64,000 nucleotides of DNA, taken from a virus. The stretch covers positions 1-64,000 of IMG/VR virus record IMGVR_UViG_3300020202_000068. One strand, 5' to 3'. This document shows, piece after piece, positions 17,891 through 26,925 of this stretch. Position numbers and translations under genes: made by a program. Each line of letters begins with the position of its first letter. The first letter of the stretch is position 1. The notes under the pieces were generated by a model. That model saw only the letters and a program-made list of their open reading frames with translations, made no database searches and was not told the DNA's origin.

Positions 17891-19456
17891 ATGCTGGAAT
17901 TACGTGACTATCAAGTAATCGCGGTCCGTCAGGTGTTTGACGCCTGGCGGGCTGGTCATCGTTCGGTGGTGCTCGTCGCGCCAACAGGGATGGGGAAGCG
18001 GATCGTGGCCTTGTGGCTGATGCAATACGCAGCCCAGGCCCGGAGGAAGGTGCTGTTCGTGGGCAACCGCCGGCTCCTGATCAACCAGGCCCAGGTCGAT
18101 GCCGAGAAGTTCGGCCTGGATTACGGCGTGCTAATGGCCGACGCCGAGATGGGCAACGCCGGAGCCTCGAACCAGATCGCATCCATTCAGTCCCTGGAGA
18201 GCTGGTATTTCTATGAACGATTCTCCGACATTCCCACCGGTAGGGGACTGCCCCCAGCCAACTGCGTCATTATTGACGAAGGCCATCAGGATGTTGGACG
18301 ATATGGCACCCTTCTTGGGTTTTATCCCGATGCAAAAATACTCATCCTTACGGCGACACCTGCTGGCGCTGAGGGCCGGGCTCTCGTCCCGTCGCCCTAC
18401 GAAGTGATGGTCGAGCCGGTGAAGAACTCGCAGCTCATCCAGCGATTCCGCGACACCGGAGAGGGACTCCTCCCCGTGAAGGTGTTCGCCCCCAGCGAGC
18501 CGTTTCTCAAGGGAGTCTCGATTGATGGTCAGAAAGAATACAACCAAGCGAAGCTCGGCAGGGCGGTCCAAAGCTGCACCGTCGCGGCCGATGTCTTCAA
18601 AGAGTGGGAGCCGCACCAAGACCGGGCGACTGTCTGCTTTGTCCCAGGAATACCTTTCGGGCGTTCACTCGCCGGGCAATTCAATGATCGTTACGGTTCA
18701 GGGACGGCACACCTCATCGAAGCCAAGACAAAACCCCACGATCGGGAGCGGATTATTAACTCGATTAGAGACGGGGAGAGCCGGGTGCTGGTCTCGTGCG
18801 ACGTTCTACGAGAGGGGTTTGACCTGCCCCTACTGTCTCTCGGAATTGATCTACAGCCTAATGCTCAGCTCCGAACATACTGGCAAAAACTTGGACGCAT
18901 TAAGCGTCCTGAAGCAGGTCAAAGTGAAGCTATTTGGCTTGATTTCGCCGGCAACTACTGGCAGTTCCCCCACCCCGACGAAGACCCGGAGTGGCCGGTC
19001 GGCAGCGAAGAGACGACACAGGAGCTGATCCAGCGGAAGCGGAAGGAGCAGGGCGAGTCGCAGCCGATTATGTGCCCGAAGTGCTCGTACGTGCGGGCCA
19101 AAGGCCCTACCTGCCCCAACTGTGGCCACACCTCCGCGAATCCGATCCGCCGCATTCGGATGGGGGACGGCAGGCTGCAAGAGGTTCCGGCCGTGGCCCG
19201 TAAGGCCAAAGAACTGACGGCCGAGCAGCGGATGTTCAATAAATGGAAACAGAGGCTCTTTGCGGCCCTGCATTCCGGCTTGACGTATGGGCAATGTGCT
19301 GCCATCTTCAAGCGAGAGACGGGTCAGTCACCGCGTCACGGGTGGCCCGGGGTTTATCCCGCCCACGATCTATCGTGGAGCCGGAAGCCTCAACATGATC
19401 ACAGTCGTGGCAGCCTCAACGCTGCCTGCCGTCACTATCAGGAGTCCATGGAATGA
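17891..19456 (+). CDS. SF2 DEAD/DEAH-box helicase (RadD/YejH-like) with Zn ribbon
   Basis: LRDYQ, APTGMGK, IIDEGH, LTATP, EGFDLP, QKLGRIKR, CPKC..CPNCG. Confidence 0.92.
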   Translation: MLELRDYQVIAVRQVFDAWRAGHRSVVLVAPTGMGKRIVALWLMQYAAQARRKVLFVGNRRLLINQAQVDAEKFGLDYGVLMADAEMGNAGASNQIASIQSLESWYFYERFSDIPTGRGLPPANCVIIDEGHQDVGRYGTLLGFYPDAKILILTATPAGAEGRALVPSPYEVMVEPVKNSQLIQRFRDTGEGLLPVKVFAPSEPFLKGVSIDGQKEYNQAKLGRAVQSCTVAADVFKEWEPHQDRATVCFVPGIPFGRSLAGQFNDRYGSGTAHLIEAKTKPHDRERIINSIRDGESRVLVSCDVLREGFDLPLLSLGIDLQPNAQLRTYWQKLGRIKRPEAGQSEAIWLDFAGNYWQFPHPDEDPEWPVGSEETTQELIQRKRKEQGESQPIMCPKCSYVRAKGPTCPNCGHTSANPIRRIRMGDGRLQEVPAVARKAKELTAEQRMFNKWKQRLFAALHSGLTYGQCAAIFKRETGQSPRHGWPGVYPAHDLSWSRKPQHDHSRGSLNAACRHYQESME

Positions 19457-19863
19457 AGGCTGAAGAATTGACCGCTGATTTTTTGGATTGGCTCAAGGGG
19501 GTGGGCGAGAAGTCCGCCGAGTTCATCGAGCGCGAGTCCCCACTCTTGGCCCAGGAGATCGTCGCCTGGCACTTCTGGAGCAACGCCGTTGAGGCGTGCC
19601 TGGGGATTCTATTCGCTTCCGTATTCGCTGCCGCATCTGCATATGCCTTTCGGAAGTGGATGCAGATGGCCCCCATCAGCCGGGACACTCCCAATGAACA
19701 CGATGGGAAAGTGCTCGCGCTGGGCTTCGGCTGGGGAATCCTGGCCGCTATCGCCGTCCTGATTTTGGCGATTCATCTAACGGATGGCGTCTGGGGTATG
19801 GCAAAAGCCTCCTGCGCCCCGCGTCTCGTCATCATCGAAAACCTGAAAGGACTCGCGAAATGA
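19453..19863 (+). CDS. membrane protein
   Basis: two hydrophobic helices; ATGA overlap. Confidence 0.7.
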   Translation: MKAEELTADFLDWLKGVGEKSAEFIERESPLLAQEIVAWHFWSNAVEACLGILFASVFAAASAYAFRKWMQMAPISRDTPNEHDGKVLALGFGWGILAAIAVLILAIHLTDGVWGMAKASCAPRLVIIENLKGLAK

Positions 19864-20111
19864 CTAAGGAAGCTATCGACGCCATGCTCGACCAGCTGGA
19901 AACGGCCATGCGTGAGTCGGCCGAGATGATGGTCAAGCTCAAGGCCCCGTCCACCGACGGCTCGATGCGGCCATCGCAGAGCCTGCGGATGATGTCGATC
20001 TGCGTGATGTTTGGCGAGATCATTGCCAGCTCCTTGGATTCCGGGGACAGGTCGGCCATGGAAATGTACCGGCGCATGGTCCAAGAGCTAAATGAGAGGG
20101 AAGATGACTAA
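19860..20111 (+). CDS. hypothetical protein
   Basis: ATGA overlap. Confidence 0.6.
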   Translation: MTKEAIDAMLDQLETAMRESAEMMVKLKAPSTDGSMRPSQSLRMMSICVMFGEIIASSLDSGDRSAMEMYRRMVQELNEREDD

Positions 20112-20445
20112 CCAGGAACTGCGGGATAACATCCTCCGGGACATCAAAGCCGCCTACCGGGACATCAAGCGGCTCAACTGCCAGCTCAATACGCCGGCCA
20201 TGAAGCGGGTCTATCGGACAATCTGCCCGGCCAGGAAGGCGAGGGACGAGCAGAAGTCTGCCTACCGGATCGGAATCATGGAAGCAGAGGATGAGCTGCT
20301 TCTGGCCTGGGATCGACTGCCTGAGGTAGATAAGCGGCTTCCGCCCACAGCCAGACTCAAGGAGGCGATGGCCTTCGGGGCTTCGCTCACGCGGCACCCC
20401 TATCGCCGTAAATACATGAAGAACCAGCTACAGCTGACGACCTAA
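20104..20445 (+). CDS. hypothetical protein
   Basis: SD GAGGG, operon context. Confidence 0.65.
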   Translation: MTNQELRDNILRDIKAAYRDIKRLNCQLNTPAMKRVYRTICPARKARDEQKSAYRIGIMEAEDELLLAWDRLPEVDKRLPPTARLKEAMAFGASLTRHPYRRKYMKNQLQLTT

Positions 20446-20523
20446 CGGAGCCGCAGGGATCGCGGTGGCCGGCAAGGACCGTCGGCCTGGCAAGGACGCG
20501 ACCGGGCGAAGAGGCCCATTTTT
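20445..20523 (+). ncRNA. CsrB/RsmZ-like GGA-repeat RNA ending in a terminator
   Basis: ACGGA, CCGC-AGGGATC-GCGG, GGCCGGC-AAGGACC-GTCGGCC, GC-AAGGAC-GC, then GGGC/GCCC-ATTTTT. Confidence 0.65.
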
Positions 20524-20538
20524 CGTCCATCACGCGCC

Positions 20539-20567
20539 TTGACGCCAGTCACGGCCAAGTCAATAAT
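20539..20567 (+). promoter_or_regulatory. sigma70-like promoter
   Basis: TTGACG-17-AATAAT; ACTGTCAC at the predicted start site. Confidence 0.65.
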
Positions 20568-20733
20568 CCACCACTGTCACGCAGCAGCTCAGCGTAAGAG
20601 GTCCTTTTCCGGCTCGTCCGGCAGGGCCGACCGAGAATAATCTCTTAGCCTTTCTGGCCACGGGACTCCTGCTCGGTCGATCACCCTGGTGACAGGGAGG
20701 GCCTCTTACCCTGGGCTGCCCAAGGAGTCACGG

Positions 20734-21138
20734 ATGAGCCTGACATTCAGGAGCGAATCCGACCTACTGCACTATCTCACCACCTCCCCACGCGGGAAGG
20801 GCATCCTCCGCGAGGCCTGTACCGAGAAGTGGATCACTGACGAGATATTGGAGTACAACCGCACCACGCACATCCTCGTGAAGGCTTATCGGGACGGCTG
20901 GATCGAGGTCTATGGACCAAAGACTACCCGCGCTCGCATCGTCTTCCTGGGTCGCACAACGACCTTCCCCGAGTACGAAGTCACCCTTGAACGGCACCTT
21001 GATAGCCTCCTACCCACGCCGTATCGCGAAGTGCATTACCCCGGAAACAGACGGGCCATCGGCTATAGGTATAGCGGTCTTGAGAAAGACCGAGAGGTGA
21101 GGCTGCCGTGGAGCGGAGCGTTAAAATGTTCGAAGTGA
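20734..21138 (+). CDS. hypothetical protein
   Basis: SD AAGGAG. Confidence 0.7.
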   Translation: MSLTFRSESDLLHYLTTSPRGKGILREACTEKWITDEILEYNRTTHILVKAYRDGWIEVYGPKTTRARIVFLGRTTTFPEYEVTLERHLDSLLPTPYREVHYPGNRRAIGYRYSGLEKDREVRLPWSGALKCSK

Positions 21139-21323
21139 GGAGCGTAGAAGGTAAGTTGCTGGGTAGCTACCTCATCAAGGATGAGGCCATTGGCCGCATG
21201 AATGAGTGGCCCCACGCTCATTACGTGGTCGAGGTGTACGAGGTGCGGCAGCTGGTCACTACCAAGGAGCAGGGAGGCTCTAGTGAAGCGAATAAGCCCG
21301 AAGCGCCGGAAGCGTATTTCTGA
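21126..21323 (+). CDS. hypothetical protein
   Basis: operon context. Confidence 0.55.
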   Translation: MFEVRSVEGKLLGSYLIKDEAIGRMNEWPHAHYVVEVYEVRQLVTTKEQGGSSEANKPEAPEAYF

Positions 21324-21648
21324 GGTCGCTCCGTTCCGGGAGGCCTTCAAGCTGGAAGTCGGCTGCTGTGAGCGATGTCGCAAGCGGAGACACCTGGATG
21401 TCCATGAAATCGCCCGAGGATGTGACCGCAGCAAGGCCCTCGACAAGCGATACGCCCTGCTCGTGCTATGTCGAGAATGCCACGATCACATGGATCATTG
21501 GTCCCGTGCCAAGCAACTATGTCTGCTGTATATCCGACGACCATACGACTTTGATCTCGGACGCTATCACGTCCTTATTTGCCGCCGGACTCCCGAGATG
21601 GGCGAAGTCCTGGCCTGGGTGGAGCATTTAATGGAGGAGCTAAGATGA
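21283..21648 (+). CDS. HNH-like nuclease
   Basis: CERC......DVHEI.RG..R......LCRECH. Confidence 0.7.
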   Translation: MKRISPKRRKRISEVAPFREAFKLEVGCCERCRKRRHLDVHEIARGCDRSKALDKRYALLVLCRECHDHMDHWSRAKQLCLLYIRRPYDFDLGRYHVLICRRTPEMGEVLAWVEHLMEELR

Positions 21649-22097
21649 CTGACAGTGACGCCGGGTGTCTATTTATGGTTGTGATGGCCACAGTGGCGGG
21701 AGCCGCCGGTATCGGTGGAGGATGCGTGAACAGCAGCTGGAAGAATGCTGCAATCCGAGAGGGAGTGGCCAGCTACGATCCGGCCACGAAGGAATTTAAG
21801 TGGAAGGGAGAGTCCGATAAGCCATCAGAACCCAAGCCGGAGCTGAAGCTCGGACAGCCGGTCGTGGTCTTGCACTCCACTACGGACGACCCTTTTTTCG
21901 AGGGCAAGGTCCTGGCGTTCACGGCCGACGGCCAGATGGCTAAAGTCGCCGACACTGGTACATTCCAGTGGCAACATATCGCAAAGCTACGACCTATCGC
22001 CACACCGGAGAAAGTCGATGAACTGCAAGGACGCATCGGAAGTCAAGCAACTCGCCAAGCAGAGCGACAAGGCGAAGCTGGAGAACAGCTTCCATAG
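21645..22097 (+). CDS. hypothetical membrane-anchored protein
   Basis: N-terminal hydrophobic helix; SD GGAGG. Confidence 0.6.
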   Translation: MTDSDAGCLFMVVMATVAGAAGIGGGCVNSSWKNAAIREGVASYDPATKEFKWKGESDKPSEPKPELKLGQPVVVLHSTTDDPFFEGKVLAFTADGQMAKVADTGTFQWQHIAKLRPIATPEKVDELQGRIGSQATRQAERQGEAGEQLP

Positions 22098-22425
22098 CCA
22101 TTGGGTGCTAATGTTCGGCGACCTGCCAGAGCCGGTACGGCAGCATCCGATTCTTAACCCCGAGACGAACCGCCATTTCAAGCTGGACTTCGCTTGGGTA
22201 GAGGAAAAGCTGGCAGTGGAGATTCAGGGCGGGGCCTGGGGGAAGGGCGGGCACAACACCGCGCTGGGTCAGGCCCACGACTACGCCCGCCACAACTACC
22301 TGACTCGCATCGGCTGGAGAATCCTGTATTTCAACTCACCCATGCTCAAAGACACGGCGGGCTGCGTGGAGCTGACCGCTGAGATACTATGCGGGGCCGA
22401 AGAAGTGATCCCGACGGAGGAATGA
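22018..22425 (+). CDS. DUF559/Vsr-like endonuclease
   Basis: DFAW.EEKLAVEIQGG.W..GGH......D..R.N.L...GWRIL.F. Confidence 0.8.
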   Translation: MNCKDASEVKQLAKQSDKAKLENSFHSHWVLMFGDLPEPVRQHPILNPETNRHFKLDFAWVEEKLAVEIQGGAWGKGGHNTALGQAHDYARHNYLTRIGWRILYFNSPMLKDTAGCVELTAEILCGAEEVIPTEE

Positions 22426-22428
22426 GTA

Positions 22429-22614
22429 ATGCCCAACTACCAATGGACCATCCCGAGAGCGTCAATGCAGGCTTACGGCAAGTGGTATGTTTACGATCCG
22501 TTCCTGGATCGCTTCGTCTCGAAGGAGCATGAGAGTAAGAACAGTAAAGAGCGTCGTGAGCGCGAGGCCCGTGAGCTGGCTGAGTTCGACGAGTGGGACC
22601 AGCGGCTGGATTAA
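22429..22614 (+). CDS. small protein ending ELAEFDEWDQRLD
   Basis: SD GGAGG; last + strand gene before the convergent late operon. Confidence 0.6.
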   Translation: MPNYQWTIPRASMQAYGKWYVYDPFLDRFVSKEHESKNSKERREREARELAEFDEWDQRLD

Positions 22615-22946
22615 CCAATCTCCTGGTAGGTCAGGTGGCCCATTACCGCTGCCGTGCCGGCCTCGATGCTCAATGACGCGCCGGCAGCCGTCTCTAGAAG
22701 TCCCATCGGGCAGTAATTGCCCTGCACCACCAGATCAGCTGTGGTCGTGACCATTACGCCCGAGAGGGCCGTCCCGGCGGCTCCGCTCTCGAACCGCACG
22801 GTCCCGGCGGCGGACTGGCGGATGTAGTACGCCAAGACGCGAATCTTCTTACCGGCAACGGCCGCTACCGCCTCTACATCGCCAGCTCCAGCGCTCGTGA
22901 TGACAGCGAACTTAACAGGAGCCAGGGACTGGCTGGGATGGTGCAT
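22611..22946 (-). CDS. virion structural protein (putative)
   Basis: Ala/Gly-rich beta protein at the end of the late operon. Confidence 0.65.
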   Translation of the reverse strand: MHHPSQSLAPVKFAVITSAGAGDVEAVAAVAGKKIRVLAYYIRQSAAGTVRFESGAAGTALSGVMVTTTADLVVQGNYCPMGLLETAAGASLSIEAGTAAVMGHLTYQEIG

Positions 22947-22964
22947 TATCGTAATCCTTTACGG

Positions 22965-23318
22965 TTAGTCTGATCCGTGGTATCGCGCGACGTACGCTAA
23001 TCGCCTAAATCCTACCCGATCACCAGAGCCGGTGGCGGTGATCTCCAGGTAGTACGTGGAGTTCTCCGTGAGCGATACCCCGTCTTCCAGGACCCCCTCG
23101 TAAACCCCCTGCGTGCCCGTCACGTAGGTCATAGAAACGGCGGAGGCTCCAGAGACCGCCGATCCAGCGGAGTTCTTGAGGGTGAATGTGAGCGTGGCGT
23201 CATTCAGAAAGGTCCCGGCCACCCGGTCGTACAGGCCGCTGCCAGGGACATCCCGATCGCCCCAAAAGACGACATTGTCCTCGCCGATGTATAAGTTACC
23301 GCCCTTGATTCCTGGCAC
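22965..23318 (-). CDS. virion structural protein, Ig-like (putative)
   Basis: GTG start with AAGGA; beta-strand-rich. Confidence 0.65.
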   Translation of the reverse strand: MPGIKGGNLYIGEDNVVFWGDRDVPGSGLYDRVAGTFLNDATLTFTLKNSAGSAVSGASAVSMTYVTGTQGVYEGVLEDGVSLTENSTYYLEITATGSGDRVGFRRLAYVARYHGSD

Positions 23319-23342
23319 AGCAGCATCCTTGCCGCAAAAGGC

Positions 23343-23555
23343 CTATTCGGCTCCCGATCCATTCACGTAATCCACAATCCCAACTTCCCCTTCCAGCCGG
23401 GCTCGCAGGCCTATCTTACCATCTAGGTAGGGGTAAATCCCGACCATCCCGATCAGCGCGTTCACCAGCGGCACGGCCTGGGCCTCACCAGCCACCCAGG
23501 TCCACATCTGACCTGAGCAGTCCAGCTGCCCGGATTGATGGAGTTCGGTGATCAT
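23343..23555 (-). CDS. hypothetical protein
   Basis: TAATG coupling. Confidence 0.5.
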   Translation of the reverse strand: MITELHQSGQLDCSGQMWTWVAGEAQAVPLVNALIGMVGIYPYLDGKIGLRARLEGEVGIVDYVNGSGAE

Positions 23556-25123
23556 TAGGTGGGTTGCGTGCGGAACTGAATAAAGCGGGTGGCGCAGCCA
23601 GTCCCAGTGAACTTCAAGAGGATGTTATCCGCCGTCATCTCGGTGCTTGTGAGGGTGATCTTATAGGCCCCAGCACTGATCTCGCTGGCGCTGTTCGAGC
23701 AGGAGGCAAAGGCTCCGCCATCCTTACTGATTGTGGCCGTGACCGTGACTCCCGTCTCCGGGGTATTGAAGTCCGTGGCATCCACCATCACGAATGTCAA
23801 GTCAGCCAGGGCCACTCCACGGGTGGGGCGATTCGGATTATCGGCAATGATGGAGTCCACGAGCAGGTCCAGCCGACCGCCATTGGCCCAATCCGTTTGG
23901 AGTTCATTCGTATCCGCCAGGATCGCCGTAATATCCGTCTGGGCCGTGGAGAGCGATGAAGCTGTAGCGTAGCTTGCTGCTGCAAGCGTCCTAGCCTCCA
24001 TCTCGGCATTTGTGGGTGGGTCGTACACGGCCAGGGCGTCTGCTACTTCACTCTGTGCTTCGGCGTCCCAATCCGCGTTCCACTGCGCCGTCGCATGCGG
24101 GAGAATCGCGAACTCACTGCCTGACGTGGGCGTTGTGATCCAGGCTGGTGTTACCGTCGCCGTCTTCGAGCTGCCCACGTAATCCGTGATGAGCCTCGAC
24201 TGGCCCGCACCAGTGCCGCTTGTGATCCGCAGCACATTGCCGTTGTAGATGTCATCCGTGGCGCTGGCAGACGTATCCAGAACCGCTGTCGTGGAGGTGC
24301 TGCCGCTTTGGCAATTCACACCGCTGCGGATAGCCTTCCAGCCAGAGCCGGTAGCGAAGGAATCGGCCCCCACTCCGCCGCTGGCAATCGTAACCCCCGC
24401 TGAGACAGAGGCGACGCTTCCCAGTAGATTTCCCGTAATGTTATCGACAGTGAAGTTCACTCCACCCGTTCCGTCGAACGCCGCCTCCAGGCTATCGGCG
24501 GCCGTAGAGTCACCGCTGATTTGGGCCATGTTCACGGCTGGGATACCGCTGGCGAACGTCCCCGCCGAACCACCAAAGTTCACCACATTCACCCCAAGCT
24601 GCGCCGTACTCGTCGAGACAGCTGAGCCGGCGATGTTGATGAGGTTCGCGCGGACTTCGGTTGAGGCGACTGCGGTGCCGGCCCAGTGGGTTGTGTTAAC
24701 TTCTGGGCGTCCGCTGGAGAAGGTGCCGTTGCTGCCGCCAAATTGGGTGACGTTGGCTGGCAGGTTAGCCGCGCTTAAGTCAGCTTGATACATCGCAGAG
24801 GCGTTGCCGTACGTCTCGACATCGAACATTTGGTCTTCAACGGCCTTGGTTGCCGAGTCGGCTACGGTGATGCTGAGGACTTTGCATTGCAGCTCGGCAT
24901 CGCTGAATACAAACTTCCACATCGCCGTGTTGCCCATCGTGATAGCTGTCGGGAGCGTGCCGATGTTCGCAGCAGCGGCTCCATCCTTCGACACCTTCAC
25001 GTCACCGGCTGATGGCGTCCAATCAGCGCTCACCGCGAAGTCCACGACGGCACGCTTGACAATCGGCACGTAAACATCAGCGCCCGTGCCAGTGCCGTAT
25101 TTGCGAAGAAAAACTCCCATCAA
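23555..25123 (-). CDS. tail fibre-like protein
   Basis: Ser/Thr/Ala/Gly-rich; repeated VN..Q..G..; ITSGTGAGQSR.I.DY; SKDG domains at both ends. Confidence 0.7.
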   Translation of the reverse strand: MMGVFLRKYGTGTGADVYVPIVKRAVVDFAVSADWTPSAGDVKVSKDGAAAANIGTLPTAITMGNTAMWKFVFSDAELQCKVLSITVADSATKAVEDQMFDVETYGNASAMYQADLSAANLPANVTQFGGSNGTFSSGRPEVNTTHWAGTAVASTEVRANLINIAGSAVSTSTAQLGVNVVNFGGSAGTFASGIPAVNMAQISGDSTAADSLEAAFDGTGGVNFTVDNITGNLLGSVASVSAGVTIASGGVGADSFATGSGWKAIRSGVNCQSGSTSTTAVLDTSASATDDIYNGNVLRITSGTGAGQSRLITDYVGSSKTATVTPAWITTPTSGSEFAILPHATAQWNADWDAEAQSEVADALAVYDPPTNAEMEARTLAAASYATASSLSTAQTDITAILADTNELQTDWANGGRLDLLVDSIIADNPNRPTRGVALADLTFVMVDATDFNTPETGVTVTATISKDGGAFASCSNSASEISAGAYKITLTSTEMTADNILLKFTGTGCATRFIQFRTQPT

Positions 25124-26391
25124 TCAAACCTCGTGTACATGCCGCGCATGAGGCCGCGAGTGCCACGTTCCAATTGCGTGTAAACGATTCCGACAGCGGA
25201 CAAGTCAGCCGCCTCGAAGTCGTCATAAAAGACGTTGGCGATATCCACGCCATAGACCCCACCGCGGGTGTTGCCGGCAATCGAGCTATCCGTCGTTGGT
25301 CCCCATTCCGTGGAACCGTTGCGCGAGCCGGTGATGCTTGAGCCGTTGCACGAGATTTTCAAAACGTCATTCGCATTGAGCGAAGACGCCCCGCCGGACG
25401 CAATCAGCGTGTACGTTCCCGTGACAACCTTGAAGAAGTCGTATCGCGAGTTGGACGCTCGCCACAGATTCACATAGGCCGTTTCGGCAGAGCCTGAAAA
25501 CCTCGCTGTCACACCCCTATTGCTTGTGCCACCGCTCACCCATTTGACCTGTCCATAATGATCGGACGATGAAAGGTCGGAGTCTGCCCGGACTGTCCGG
25601 TTGGCGGACGCCCCGGAATCAAGGCGAAGCTGATTGGTGTTATTGCTCCACGCACCGCTCACTTCGGACCAGGTAAGCGTGTTTCCGGGGGTTGCGCTGT
25701 CGGCCGCGTTGAAGTTGTCGGTGATCGTGGTTTCATGCTTGAGCCGGCCAGGCACGTCCTGCTGGAGCGCCTGCGGCACCAGCTCGCGCCAATCCTCAGC
25801 GCCTTGCAGCCCGAATTTCTCGCACCAGAAGTCGAGCACGCGGCGATGGTGCTCGCGATCCCTGAGCCTGCCCTTCTGGGCATCGTCCATCAGCTCGGCA
25901 AACTGTTTCCTGAGCAGATGTTTGATCTTCGGCGTGTGGTCATTGCCACGAGAGCCCGGCCTGCCCCACTCGAATCGCTCGCTCAAGACGCGGCTGTGGC
26001 CAGCCATATAGAGATCAAGCCAGCCAGAGAGCGACGGCATGAGCGGCAGGGGTCCGCTGGAGCCATCCGGGTCCGAGCCGCCAACCAGGCAGTCGTAGAT
26101 CAACTCCACCAACCTGTCGCCGCGTGGACGATAGCCAGCGAGCGATTGGAAGGCCGACCGCATGTCGTTGCCAGCCGCCAGCTCCCGGCAATCGCCATCA
26201 CCCAGCAGCGCGTACTCGCTCGGCAGAACCGCGCCACTCGTCCAGCAGACGCAAACAGGACGGTCGCTGCCCGCAATGGCTTGGCTTGGAACGCTGCCCA
26301 AGTCGATCATGCCCAGCGTGCCAGCGGGACGGGAGAAATGCCCGCCAAAGTCATTCACAACCCACGGAATGGGACCGATGTAATACTTCAT
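25120..26391 (-). CDS. virion protein with C-terminal lectin/ConA-like beta domain
   Basis: DNFN..D...TW...SG.W ... FYDDFEA pattern. Confidence 0.6.
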   Translation of the reverse strand: MKYYIGPIPWVVNDFGGHFSRPAGTLGMIDLGSVPSQAIAGSDRPVCVCWTSGAVLPSEYALLGDGDCRELAAGNDMRSAFQSLAGYRPRGDRLVELIYDCLVGGSDPDGSSGPLPLMPSLSGWLDLYMAGHSRVLSERFEWGRPGSRGNDHTPKIKHLLRKQFAELMDDAQKGRLRDREHHRRVLDFWCEKFGLQGAEDWRELVPQALQQDVPGRLKHETTITDNFNAADSATPGNTLTWSEVSGAWSNNTNQLRLDSGASANRTVRADSDLSSSDHYGQVKWVSGGTSNRGVTARFSGSAETAYVNLWRASNSRYDFFKVVTGTYTLIASGGASSLNANDVLKISCNGSSITGSRNGSTEWGPTTDSSIAGNTRGGVYGVDIANVFYDDFEAADLSAVGIVYTQLERGTRGLMRGMYTRFD

Positions 26392-26828
26392 CCGGCCACC
26401 TCCGCGCAGTTCAGCCCGTTGATGTTGACGCCGGGATCAAGCTGGCTCGCGAGAGACTGAATAAGCGAGCGGTACGAATCGCCGTCCTGGTGACTGGCGT
26501 CGAAGTTCAATCCATTTCCGTCGAGGTTATAGGCTTCGACACTCTGCACCAGACCCGTGCGGGCCTCTGACTCCATGCCGTCCATACGCCCATCGAGGTT
26601 GTAATCTGGGAAGACGTATGCATTGGTGACCGCTGCAATCGCATTCACGTTGGCAGTTGCGACGAGGCACAGCGCGAAGTTGTGCTTCGGTTGGCCAAGA
26701 TTGGGGCCGCTCGTGTGGGTCGGGATGATGGCCGCACTGTTCACGTTCGCGACATCCGAGACGGACGCACGATATACATCCTCTCCGACGCCGGTTCCAA
26801 TGATCGGGCTAATCATGTATCGCAGCAT
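26388..26828 (-). CDS. hypothetical virion protein
   Basis: ATGA coupling to the downstream gene. Confidence 0.65.
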   Translation of the reverse strand: MLRYMISPIIGTGVGEDVYRASVSDVANVNSAAIIPTHTSGPNLGQPKHNFALCLVATANVNAIAAVTNAYVFPDYNLDGRMDGMESEARTGLVQSVEAYNLDGNGLNFDASHQDGDSYRSLIQSLASQLDPGVNINGLNCAEVAG

Positions 26829-26843
26829 TCAATCACTCCCTAT

Positions 26844-26924
26844 TTATCGTTTTCGAGGCTGCATGAGTTCTTTCCGACGTTCCTTCGGCAGGTATTCGCG
26901 TTCAACCAGTTCCGGGTCGTGCTG
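26844..26924 (-). pseudogene. displaced duplicate 3' end of the 27399..27785 gene
   Basis: QHDPELVEREYLPKERRKEL vs QWDVELAEREVLPKEKRKEL. Confidence 0.75.
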
Positions 26925-26925
26925 G

